Below are positions 1 through 9,466 of a stretch of DNA of 20,000 nt, piece after piece. Positions within the stretch are counted from its first letter, which is position 1. Each line of letters starts with the position of its first letter. Origin of the DNA: Craspedostauros australis (lineage: Eukaryota); the NCBI GenBank assembly GCA_030167865.1, contig JALAGF010005483.1:52806-72805 (forward strand), given 5' to 3'. The position numbers were made by a program, and so were the translations under genes. The notes under the pieces are model-generated. The model searched no databases. It was not told the origin of the DNA and worked only from the letters and a program-made list of their open reading frames with translations.

Positions 1-551
1 TTGTTAGAGTAATGATACAGTTATCGCGGTTGTTGTGGATGCTTTGCATACGTATGTACGCGCACGTGTACTAGTATGGCATGGCACATCACCCGTCGTT
101 CCCCTCTTCTGGCCTTGCTCGTGATGGCCTTTGGTTGGTATGGTACTTGTGGGGATGGTGGAATGCACCTTGGGAGTGCTTGTCTGTTGGTCTGTTTGGT
201 TTGGTCGTGCATGTTAGTTGGCTGGCCGATTATGTGCTTCCTGTTTGTTCTTTGATCGGCGCCGCCGCCTGCTTTCTTGCCACGGTCGCAAGGCTTCTTT
301 GTCTTCGTTGTCTCTTGGGGCCACCTTGCCCTCTTCTCGTGTGTAGTTGTGGGGTACACTCATTTGCTGATGTGGATGTATGCCTAGTTCTCATAGCGCA
401 TGTAGGGATGGATACGGCCGTTCATGAGCAATGTGGCACTCGGTGCATTTTGTTGCGCTTTGTGCATTGCGCCTTGAACTTGCTGCTTGCTTCTTTGGTT
501 GCGGCGCATCGTGGATAGATGCTCCGTACCTACTCGTAGGAATATGCAGTG

Positions 552-2021
552 TTAGCAATCGTGGCGGTATTCTTTGAGTTGCAGCCCGTTCCTGAGGAAC
601 CAGTGCAGGACGTTCGGGTCTTGGTCGGTGGCCGCCCTGACGACAACCGTTTGCCACGGAAGACCCTCCGTCCTTGCGAGGGGGTCGTTGACGACGACGT
701 TCCGGCCGCACCTATTGAGCTTCAACCAGTAGTGCATGGGCTTGAGGAATTTCCGGTACTGCAGTTCGCAATCGATCAGGAACTGTGTTAGGTTGTAGTT
801 GGCCTCCATTGCCTCAGCGACAGCGAGGACGGCCTTCTTGGGAAGAGGACTTGTCTCCTTGGGATTGTTGAGCACGAGGCTCTTGAGCGATTTGTTGTTG
901 CGGATGCAGTTGACCAGCGGGACTTCGTCATGGATGCGGCTTCCTCGGGAAACGAAGGATCGCAGGACGCATTGCGAAGGTGCCTCGGCCAGGAGGTTGA
1001 GGGTCGTGCATAGATTCTTGTTCTGCACATCGCAGAAGGAGCACTCAAGCTGGCGTATCTTGCCGGACTCTGCGCAGGCCCTGGCGATGGCAGGCACGGC
1101 GTCCGATATTTGGAAGTTTCCCGCGATGGAGATGCTGTTGAGTCTGGAATCAGCTGGGAGGTTGGCGATGGCGTCTGCCAGCACGAGCCCGTCCTTGTCG
1201 TCCAGATCGCAAAGGCTGATGTCGAAGCTTTCCAGCTCGGGGAGCTTGTGGAAGATCTGCTTGATCCAGTTGGACTTGCAGTCGAGATGTCTGTTGTTGC
1301 GCAAGCTGAGCTTGGTGATGGGTGTTTGGACCTTGGCCCGTTTGCGGAGATCGCGGATGAGCTGGCCCATGTGCTCGACCTCGATGTCGCAGTCATTGAG
1401 CCGCAGGCTGTCCGCGGCTGTGGGGAGGAAGGGGATGATCTGGATGATGTTGTCATCGCAGACAGCGGCATCGTCGTCCTGCAAGTTGTCATGATGGTGG
1501 TGATGACGGCGGCTGCTGCTTTGGTGATGCTTGTGATGATGACCGTGATGGGCGGGGGTGATCTGGAACTGGAACTTGCGGAAGGAGGTGTTGTGCCTCG
1601 GATCCGACTGCACCTGCCTCTGAATGCGCGTGCAGCGGATGTCGATCTCGGTGATGGAGTTGTTCTCAAGGAACCTCCACTGCATGGAAGATGGGAGCCA
1701 CGAGTCGAGGATCAGCTGCATCTTCTTGAGGTTCGCCTTCTTTAGGAGCAGAGGCAGCAGCTCCTTGCACACCAGCCGATGATCGCGCGGCTTGAGCCTC
1801 CAGCCGACGCGAAGGGACTCCAGACAATCCAGGGGCTGGTTGCGCACGACGGTGATCAAGTGGGGGAGGTCGTACTTGCTGAGCTGAGCGTCGGTCATCC
1901 CCAGCTTGATCTCCTTGAGCCTCTGTTGGGAGAGCTGCTGGCACATCTGGCGCATATGCCATGAGGCATTCTCGGCAATGGCCGAGGCCTTGAGTTTCCT
2001 GGAGATCTTTGGGATGTGCAT
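552..2021 (-). CDS. Leucine-rich repeat protein (RNI-like superfamily) with a His-rich insert
   Basis: 489-aa ORF with strong GC3 codon bias. LxxLxLxxN/C repeats (SLRLNDCDI, KLSLRNN, ESFDISLCDL, NSISIAGN, KSLVLNN). The C-terminal cap 'NYNLTQF...YWLKLNRCGR...W...LHWFLRNG' resembles diatom RNI-like LRR proteins as I recall them. The N-terminus is uncertain because the frame stays open upstream to 2558. Confidence 0.85.
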   Translation of the reverse strand: MHIPKISRKLKASAIAENASWHMRQMCQQLSQQRLKEIKLGMTDAQLSKYDLPHLITVVRNQPLDCLESLRVGWRLKPRDHRLVCKELLPLLLKKANLKKMQLILDSWLPSSMQWRFLENNSITEIDIRCTRIQRQVQSDPRHNTSFRKFQFQITPAHHGHHHKHHQSSSRRHHHHHDNLQDDDAAVCDDNIIQIIPFLPTAADSLRLNDCDIEVEHMGQLIRDLRKRAKVQTPITKLSLRNNRHLDCKSNWIKQIFHKLPELESFDISLCDLDDKDGLVLADAIANLPADSRLNSISIAGNFQISDAVPAIARACAESGKIRQLECSFCDVQNKNLCTTLNLLAEAPSQCVLRSFVSRGSRIHDEVPLVNCIRNNKSLKSLVLNNPKETSPLPKKAVLAVAEAMEANYNLTQFLIDCELQYRKFLKPMHYWLKLNRCGRNVVVNDPLARTEGLPWQTVVVRAATDQDPNVLHWFLRNGLQLKEYRHDC

Positions 2022-4480
2022 AGTGGTTGTGGCTGAGATCGTGGCTGAGATCGGGGTTGTGGTGGCTGGATGGTTGTCCTGATTGTGACCGTCCTCCTGG
2101 TGATTGGCCAGACGCGTGTTTGGAGCGAAGCGAACGATGGTTGAAGGTGGATGGCCGCAGGCGATGCGTTCGTTTCGGTGGGGGCGCTGGCTTTGGAGTG
2201 GTTGTCGGATGGGATCTGCCTCTCGTTGGTGAACTTCTTCGTCCGAACAGACCTCGGATTGTGGGCGGAAATTGTGTCGATCGTATACTACTAGTATAGG
2301 TGTCAGGGTCCCTGATTGTTCCTCTGGAGTTCTCGTGAGAGGTGAGTGAACTGCCTTTGGCGTGAGTGCTGCGTGAATGCCTTCGCTTGTGCGGATCGAT
2401 CGGTGCTGAACTGATTGCTTTTGACGTCTCCTGCCAATGATGACAACTGTTCTGACGCGGTGATCGCTTCTGTGAGCAGCTTGATACTTTGAAATCTGTT
2501 GCTTCGGTGTTGGGTTCTTGTGAATATGAACTGTGCTTCGAAGTGCGCCAGGTTGGAGCTACGGCTACTCGTTGGGATTGTGCTTGTCTCCTTCCTTACA
2601 GAGTGTCTCTGTCTGTCGAGGTTGGGTTGAAGGGTCTGAGGGGTCTGAAGGCTTTGGAGGTGATGCCGACGGAATACTATGCTGTGGAATGCAACTTAGT
2701 GGAATACGAGTATTCGCATGGTGCAAGCAGATCGTGATGAACCAGCCACGCACAAGGAGGTGTGAGAAGAAAAAAGAGAAGAAGCCCCGTGGAGGATGGA
2801 GAGGAGGATGTCTTCGTTGGTACAGCCAGATGGTTGTGCTTTTGGCAGTGTTGTCAACGGCACGAACTGCACCTGATTTGATTGGTTTCTGGTGTTCTGG
2901 GTTTGTGGTATTTTCTAAATTTGTGTGCATTCTTCGCTGTTTCTGCTCCTGTGTCTGATTGGGTGAAGGTGATTGTTCTGCGTATTCGTGGGGCGCGCTG
3001 GCTCTCTGTTGCTTGTGGTCTCGTCTTCATCGCGTCACGCGCAGCCATGTCTCATTCCACCCGTGCTCCTTTTTACGCTCCCTTGTTCGTACGACTCCTT
3101 ACGGTCATTGCGTGTCTGCTTGTCTGTGTGTTTCCGTGTCGCTTCGGCTCTTCTGTCGAGTGCACCGAACATGCCGAATTGGTTCTTCGCTTCCATTTGA
3201 GGTGTGGTGTCACTCCAAGTTTGGCGGTCAAACTTTATCCGGCCCAAGTTCGGTGGGAAGGAAGCGTTCTCCATTTAACGCCGCCGATGTCCGTGATGTC
3301 GCTGCCATCGTGTCATGTCGCGAACTCCACCTGAGAGGCATCACAAAAACAGCCGCCAAGTGCGAATTCGATGCAAAACGGAGTCATCGTCGCCAGTTTG
3401 TTCGTCGAAAGAAGGAGGCGCTTCCCTCTTGACAGCGCGCACGTCGCATCGTGTCACGTTCGGGTAGAGCAAAGGCGACGAGAAGCGCGCACAGAATTCA
3501 AGACTCCTTTCGTCGAAGGGTCTCCTCCGTTCGTGTCAAAAGACACGAACCAGCTGGCTGTCTGTTCGGACAAACTGGGGACGAAATGGTGCCGTCACCA
3601 TTCCTTGAGTTCTCTCGCATTTGGCTTTGGAGCGCGCGTCGAGAGATCCGCAACCCATCGCAACATGAGGGCGAAATGCACCCTCCTTCCTGTTGCGTTG
3701 TGGAGTAATCCAAAACATGTTCTCGCACCGCCATCTGCTGTTGCCTCCTGCCTCACTCACTTCGTTTGTGGCACATGCGGCAACCGACACGAGCTACTCT
3801 ATCCGTTCGACCGAACGAGCACCAGCTTTCCCAGATGGCGAGGCTATCCCGTGCCATCTATTTCGAATTCCGCGGAGGCTTGGGAAGCTCTTTCGAGCTG
3901 CTCCACCTATTATACTAGTACTATCCTCCATTGCATAATAGAATAGTATAGTGGTATGGTATTCGTTGTGAAGTGAATGATAGGAGAATGGTTGGTTGGA
4001 GCACTGATTGCTATGAGCTGCCTATGGTACGGATACAAGCCACGAGTGTGGGTATCTGTATTGCTTGAGATGTTCGTGGGGGAAGGTCGTATTGTACAAA
4101 CTACATTGTGCTCGTGGATAGTCCATGCATGATCGCCAGCCTCTTTGGGATCTTCATCTCTGGCTGTATCCAATCAATCGATGGTACACTCTATCATGCA
4201 TCGCTCCAGACTTCTTGAAGTTCGCACAGTCAAGGCTGATGCACGTGGCGGAGCTTCGCATACTCGGCCTCTCCTGCCAATCTCTGCTACTCGCACGGGC
4301 TCGGCACTCGTACGCCTATGCTTGTTTCTTTGGGCCGATTTCACCAGAATGAAGACAACGTCGGTCGCAATTGTTGCCCAACCTGTTGCCTGCACAGAAT
4401 CGCTCTTCGCGTCAACACCTATTGCTCGGCCTCGCTTCTTCTCGCCTGTTTCCAACCCTTCGGCTCTCCTCAGCTCGTCA

Positions 4481-5508
4481 TCAGAGACAGCAAAGGGGCA
4501 GTATGAAGAGTAGTGGCAGCAGCAAAGGTACCGCAACCATCGACAAGCCGCACGTGCATGGGCTGATCACGACGAAGAACAGGATCAGCCCCAGCACTGA
4601 GCAGCTCACCATGAAGCATCCGCCCCGCAAGCGCCGATGCACGAACACCGTCACCCCGTCATCGTCAAAGATTGAAAGGCATCTATCTTCCTCACCATGT
4701 GTCGTTCCTGCCGGATCCCCCACCGTCAACATCTTGCCCTTGGCGGAGAAATAAACATCCTCCATGGTAATGTAGGGATAGTTCTTCGTCACTTGCTGCC
4801 TCAGCACTCCCATGATTTCGTCTGCATCGGCTGTCTCACACTCCAATGTGCAACAGAGCAGCTACTCGTGATATTCCGTGTGGCATTTGCAGATCCATGG
4901 CAATGGAATGTTGGAATACGAGTACGCACGAAGGATGGAACCGCTCAAAGTCAAGAAGGTCCATTATGATTGTCAGCGGCCATCGTTTGTCCATCGTTGG
5001 CGCGCCGTACATGAAGGGATGCGGCAGCATATCACACGGCGTAATGCATCAAAAGCAATCAAAGCGACATGAGATTGTATGGTACGACAAGAAACAAATG
5101 AATGGTGAGCGCTGGTCCGCAAATGCATTTCGCAAAAGTCACCATTCGCCTCGTTGATGCATCAGATGGAGAATATCACTTTGCCCGTCGACGAGTAGAC
5201 ATCCATAGGGTCGCCGCAAGCGTCACCTCCATCTACCATATTACACTGGCCACCACCATTCTTGGTGCTAGTGTCGTGCGTACCTTGCCATCCCAACACT
5301 TCAGGAAGACGTTCCGCTTCTTCGTCATCTCGCCATTGGTGGCTCCTCCAACACCGTTTGGATCTGCGCTTGGGACAATCTGTTGCGCTCGTATGCGTTC
5401 ACGCCAACCATCTATCGAACAATCAACATCTGCATCCCTGCCCATCATCTCCGTCGCAGTAGGTATGCCATCGTGATCGCTGCACGCTCGATGAACTGTC
5501 GCAGCCAT
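4481..5508 (-). CDS. Ubiquitin-like domain (..RLRGG) fused to a hydrophobic Cys-rich C-terminal tail; 2 exons: 5508-5284 and 4861-4481 (~201 aa)
   Basis: Exon 1 ends NVFLKCWDGK|GTACGC (donor). The acceptor ...GAGTAG|CTG CTC TGT TGC ACA TTG GAG gives the in-frame join NVFLKCWDGK-LLCCTLECETAD...VYFSAKGKML...TVFVHRRLRGG. This aligns by eye with ubiquitin [20 protein letters not shown]...LIFAGKQL...TLHLVLRLRGG. An alternative in-frame upstream ATG lies at 5832. Confidence 0.8.
4862..5283 (-). other. Predicted GT-AG intron (422 nt, phase 0) of the UBL-membrane-tail gene
   Basis: Minus-strand donor AAG|GTACGC at 5283 and acceptor TAG|CTG at 4862. Splicing restores a continuous ubiquitin-like beta1-beta2 hairpin. 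Confidence 0.75.
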
Positions 5509-5897
5509 GTATTTTATGGTGTAATAGTTTGCGTCAGCAGGATGCGAGGGAGAATGGCGGAGAGGATCCTGTACGAGTGTGTCGATGCCAAGATCCTGTT
5601 CGTGATCTTGTGCTTCAACAGGGACTGTGATGCTTCGTCGTCTCGCGTTGGGAGCTGGCGATGCAACCGGAAGCCAGCTGCGGAATGGCGTCCGTTCCCT
5701 GATGATCTGATGGTCTGTTTGGCTGCGATGTGATGCGATGCGATGCAGTGCGATATAATTGTGGTGCGGCGCAACGCGGTCCGATCCTTGTGCAGCTTGT
5801 CGGAACTCGTATCTGATTGCTCTCCTCTGCATTCAAGAGTACATCCATCGGTATGTTCCACGAATCCTTGAATGAAAGCCGAAGGCTTCACAATTAC

Positions 5898-5933
5898 ACC
5901 AACACCAACACCAACACCAACACCAACACCAAC
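5898..5933. repeat. (ACCAAC)6 microsatellite
   Basis: Six perfect hexamer copies read directly. Confidence 0.95.
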
Positions 5934-6187
5934 GATGATCGTATGAACAACGCAACCGTGACCACAACCACAACCACACATACAGAACAGAACACACAAT
6001 CGCGGCTTGGCGATCTTTGGCTGTGTTGGCGCCAAGAAGAACAAGAAACCGAAGGTTGGCAATCCATCACTCCAGCCTCCGTGATTGGCCCAAGAACAAC
6101 ATCTTGGTGCAACCATGACGTCATCGCCGCAGGAATTGTCTCTGCCTCGGACATGTCCGGCTGTCTATCAAAGTTTGCCAGCGAGGC

Positions 6188-6217
6188 TAGATAGATAGAG
6201 AGAGAGAGACAGAGAGA
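6188..6217. repeat. Compound (TAGA)n/(GA)n microsatellite
   Basis: tagatagatagagagagagagacagagaga. Confidence 0.8.
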
Positions 6218-6417
6218 AGCCAATACCAACCAGACCACCAACAAGGCAGGAATGCGTCGATTCTGCCCAACTCAAGTTTGCTGTTTTATTCAATGTCCGA
6301 TTACGAGCTACTCAACTGCGACCATTGGATACCAGCCTTCTCCGTGTTTGCAAATGACGATCCCTTCTGAGAAAAGGATAATATTATCCACAAGGATTGT
6401 ATGGTTGGAGAGACGAA

Positions 6418-8274
6418 TTACAACCCCATTCGAGCCATCGCCGCATCCGCAATCTGAGCGCGCTTGTGCTTCTTGACGCAATCGGAGCTGCAAAATTTGA
6501 AGTCATGCAGGAAGAACAGACTCTTGCGCGGTTTGCGGCTGATGTCGCTGTTGCACCAGTGGCATCCAGTTCTGGTTGTACTTCCGACGGTGGACAGTTT
6601 CTGCTTCTGCTTCTCCTCTTCGTCCTTCTTGGCTTTCTCAGCAGCCTCCAACTGTGCCTTGTCGGCGGCCTTCTTCTTCTTTTGGCGCGCTCGCTTCTGC
6701 CTGCGTTTCTCGGCCTCCTTTTCCTTCTTGGCCTGCATGGCGTCTTCCGTGAGGGCCGGTCCTACCTTGGCGTCCTTCCAATCGCAGTACTCTTCGCCGA
6801 GAGTGCCACGGGCCATTCGGAATGCCTCTCTGACCTTATCGTGAGCTGCCAGGAAGTACGGCGGTCGTCCTCGAACGTCGAGAACGCAGGGATCGGCATG
6901 TCCCTTGAGCAACAGCGCTGATACGCACTGCGCTGCGACGGCTTGGTCAATGGCCACGGACTCTGCTGCAAAGTGGAGCGGCGTGCTGAAGTTCTCACCA
7001 GCCTGGATATTGATTTGATCGGCGATGGTGTCAACCATCAACCACTCTAGAATTTTGTCGACATCGCCATCCATGGCTGCTTCGTGCAACGGAGTCAACG
7101 GCACAATCAGGGCCTTCTTCTTCTCCTCCTCTTCCTCGATCTCCTTCTCTTTCGCGTTCTCGGTATCTTTGATGGTTTCCAGTTTGCCACCAACGACTGG
7201 GCCTTGTCCTGCTGCCGCACTATTCGGTGTCACATCAGAGGTGAAATTGGCATCTATTGACCGTGCAGCCATATGCATCATCACATCATGGGTAACGCAT
7301 ACGCTTTCGAATGTCGGCCGGCCGATGTCGAATGGGACCTTGCGGATTCGGTCGTCGTCACGTGTGATGACATCCTTCACAGAATCTGCAAACACCGTGC
7401 TGGTCATGGTCTTGGGACACGAAACCAGCACAAGGCACGCCGACTCGATGTGAGACTTCCAGCTCAGCAGCGTCTCGTGAATATCTTCCTTCAAAGATAT
7501 CTCACCTGCACGCCGCAGCTGCGCTCCCATCGATTTGGCCTTTCGCTTCGAGTTGTCCTGCGCAGACTGGGCCTTGCCCTGCCCCTTGCGGATCGTGTAG
7601 CGTTGGCATGCTCGATGGATGAGACACTTGTCACGCTTGAAGACGCCACCTGCGAACCGTCCGCTACGAATCAGGAGCACCACCACTGTTTGCTGCTGCA
7701 AATTCGCGGACAGCGATCGAAACAACGAGCATTGCTGCGCGATTCCAACGCCAGGCGTCCTCAGCGGCTTTGGAAGCAGTGAGAGCGGCAACACCACCTC
7801 GTTGTCATCGTCGATTGGAAAAGCTGGCGCGTTGGCGGCTGAGAGCTGCTGGTGGATGAGATGCCTATTCTCTGCGACCTTCTTGTTTCTGCCTGGCTTC
7901 TGCTGCTTCTGTTTGTGCGCCTGTGCTTGTTTTCGATGGGGCTTGTGCTTTGAACTCTCATTCTGTTGCTCGTCTTGTCTCCGTGCGTCATTGGCGACGC
8001 TGTCACTGCTTTCGACGCGACTGCCATCAGCAGCACCTTCACCTTCGTCCCCTGACGACAGACCAGAGTCGTCTTCGCTGTCGTCGCTTTGCGAGTCAAT
8101 CGCACTCTCATCCTCGGAAGATGACGTGTCTGCATCATGGTGGTAGACCCTGCCTGGGACGGCATATTGCTGACTCTTCACTAGCTCATCATGGTTGCTT
8201 TGGACCCTTTTCTCGGCCTGCTCCAGCAGCTTCAGTGCCTCGCTGGTGTACAGTAGATGCGTCTCCATCGTCAT
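6418..8274 (-). CDS. VMS1: Vms1/ANKZF1-family VLRF1 ribosome-quality-control peptidyl-tRNA release factor (tRNA endonuclease) with ankyrin repeats, coiled coil, treble-clef Zn finger and VIM
   Basis: VLRF1 motifs 'VLLIRSGRFAGGVF...IHRACQRYTIRKGQGKAQSAQDNSKRKAKSMGAQLRRAGE' (compare yeast Vms1 YTTRRKQGGSQS..D...ANSAGSALRRYNE). Ankyrin motifs TPLHEAA, TPLHFAA and GRPPYFLA. K/E-rich coil. CxxC...FCSSDC treble clef. C-terminal R-x5-AA-x2-R (RAQIADAAMAR) matches the VCP/p97-interacting motif. The first ATG is at 8274; the ORF track starts at a GTG (8280). Confidence 0.92.
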   Translation of the reverse strand: MTMETHLLYTSEALKLLEQAEKRVQSNHDELVKSQQYAVPGRVYHHDADTSSSEDESAIDSQSDDSEDDSGLSSGDEGEGAADGSRVESSDSVANDARRQDEQQNESSKHKPHRKQAQAHKQKQQKPGRNKKVAENRHLIHQQLSAANAPAFPIDDDNEVVLPLSLLPKPLRTPGVGIAQQCSLFRSLSANLQQQTVVVLLIRSGRFAGGVFKRDKCLIHRACQRYTIRKGQGKAQSAQDNSKRKAKSMGAQLRRAGEISLKEDIHETLLSWKSHIESACLVLVSCPKTMTSTVFADSVKDVITRDDDRIRKVPFDIGRPTFESVCVTHDVMMHMAARSIDANFTSDVTPNSAAAGQGPVVGGKLETIKDTENAKEKEIEEEEEKKKALIVPLTPLHEAAMDGDVDKILEWLMVDTIADQINIQAGENFSTPLHFAAESVAIDQAVAAQCVSALLLKGHADPCVLDVRGRPPYFLAAHDKVREAFRMARGTLGEEYCDWKDAKVGPALTEDAMQAKKEKEAEKRRQKRARQKKKKAADKAQLEAAEKAKKDEEEKQKQKLSTVGSTTRTGCHWCNSDISRKPRKSLFFLHDFKFCSSDCVKKHKRAQIADAAMARMGL

Positions 8275-9384
8275 TCTCACTGTTGTTGCCGTTGTTGTTG
8301 TTCTTCTTCTCGCTATCGTACGACTACAAGGAATCCGATCGTGTTCTTGTTGGTTTGCTGAGTGTATGAACCTTGAATTTGTGATCGTTGTTGGTTTGTT
8401 GCTCTTGGCCGCTGTTGCGGGTAGGTACGATACGATTGTTTCATTCTGTTTGTGTCATTTGTGTTGCGGCCACGAACGTGTGGTGGTGATTCACAACATG
8501 GCACCGTTGCCGTCTCTCTTTGCTGTTCGTTTCGATTCTTGGAACGTCTGAATAGTGCACGAATGGGAAAGTGCAGTACACGACTGGAATGTGATCGAAT
8601 GGGTCTCACGCGCAACGGCCTGGGATAGTGGTAGGTACGAAGCTAGATAGATGTCGTGGAAACACGATCGGTTGTGTTTGAGATTGATACAACTATCATC
8701 GTGAAGTACGAGTTGCGAGTACGACCAACGCGCATGAGCTACAATCAAGAGTGAATAGATCGTACGCATGCAAGGCATCACCAGTTGGCAGATCTTGATG
8801 TGAGTGGTGGTGATTGATTGCCGATGATTGCCAGTAAGAGAGAGTCGGTGAGGAGCAGAAGTAGATCGTACCCATCGAAGTGTAGGTAAGTATGCACTTC
8901 GCGGCTGGCAGAAGTGAAGTGGCTCTTGTTCATATAATTAGTCGTCCTTGCAGGTCGTACTGGTGGTCATTGTAGCCAAGAGGAAGGATTGGATCATGGA
9001 TCTGACAGAAGTGAAGGATGCCTGCCTTTGCACGAACCGCTCTTCACTGTTCCCAAGTCGGGACCGTTCGGACAGAACAGGAAAAAGGAATCGTGGATCT
9101 CGGAAATACCTGGTACGACTCGGAAGGATGAGCACATCACACTTCGCTCCCTCCGCACCTTACCCGTTCTCTGTTTGTGCTGAGGCAGATTTCTTCCTGC
9201 GATCAAAGTTCAGCATCTGAGATCCAGCACCGGATGGGAGGTGATACTCACAAGTGCGTGCAGACACAGGACGGACGGGGCAGATATCATAGTATACTTT
9301 GAGAACAGGAACACAAAGCAGCATCACCGCGACCAAACGAGACAGCATCGAAACTTTGTCATACCCACCAGTGTGACACCGTGC

Positions 9385-9414
9385 TGAGACTGAGACTGAG
9401 AGTGAGACTGAGAC
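9385..9414. repeat. (TGAGAC)5 imperfect hexamer repeat upstream of the PH-UIM gene
   Basis: tgagac tgagac tgagag tgagac tgagac, ending ~50 nt before the ATG at 9467. Confidence 0.9.
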
Positions 9415-9466
9415 GGGCACCGGTACCGTCTTCTGCTCAAGATCGCACACTCACAAAGCCCACCAC

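Noticed and set aside
21..518. Hydrophobic 145-aa plus-strand ORF and its antisense partner
   Set aside because: Hydrophobicity comes from G/T skew in the probable 3' flank of the LRR gene. No supporting features.
788..1745. Long alternative-frame and antisense ORFs over the LRR gene (293, 231 and 211 aa)
   Set aside because: Shadow ORFs caused by GC3-rich codon usage. Low-complexity S/R/T or V/D/L translations with no motifs.
2489..4536. Many 60-190 aa ORFs between the LRR and UBL genes
   Set aside because: No codon bias or motifs. They overlap in all frames, as expected for GC-balanced intergenic or UTR DNA.
5817..6244. ORFs with NT/VL/VG dipeptide runs
   Set aside because: Translations of the (ACCAAC)n microsatellite.
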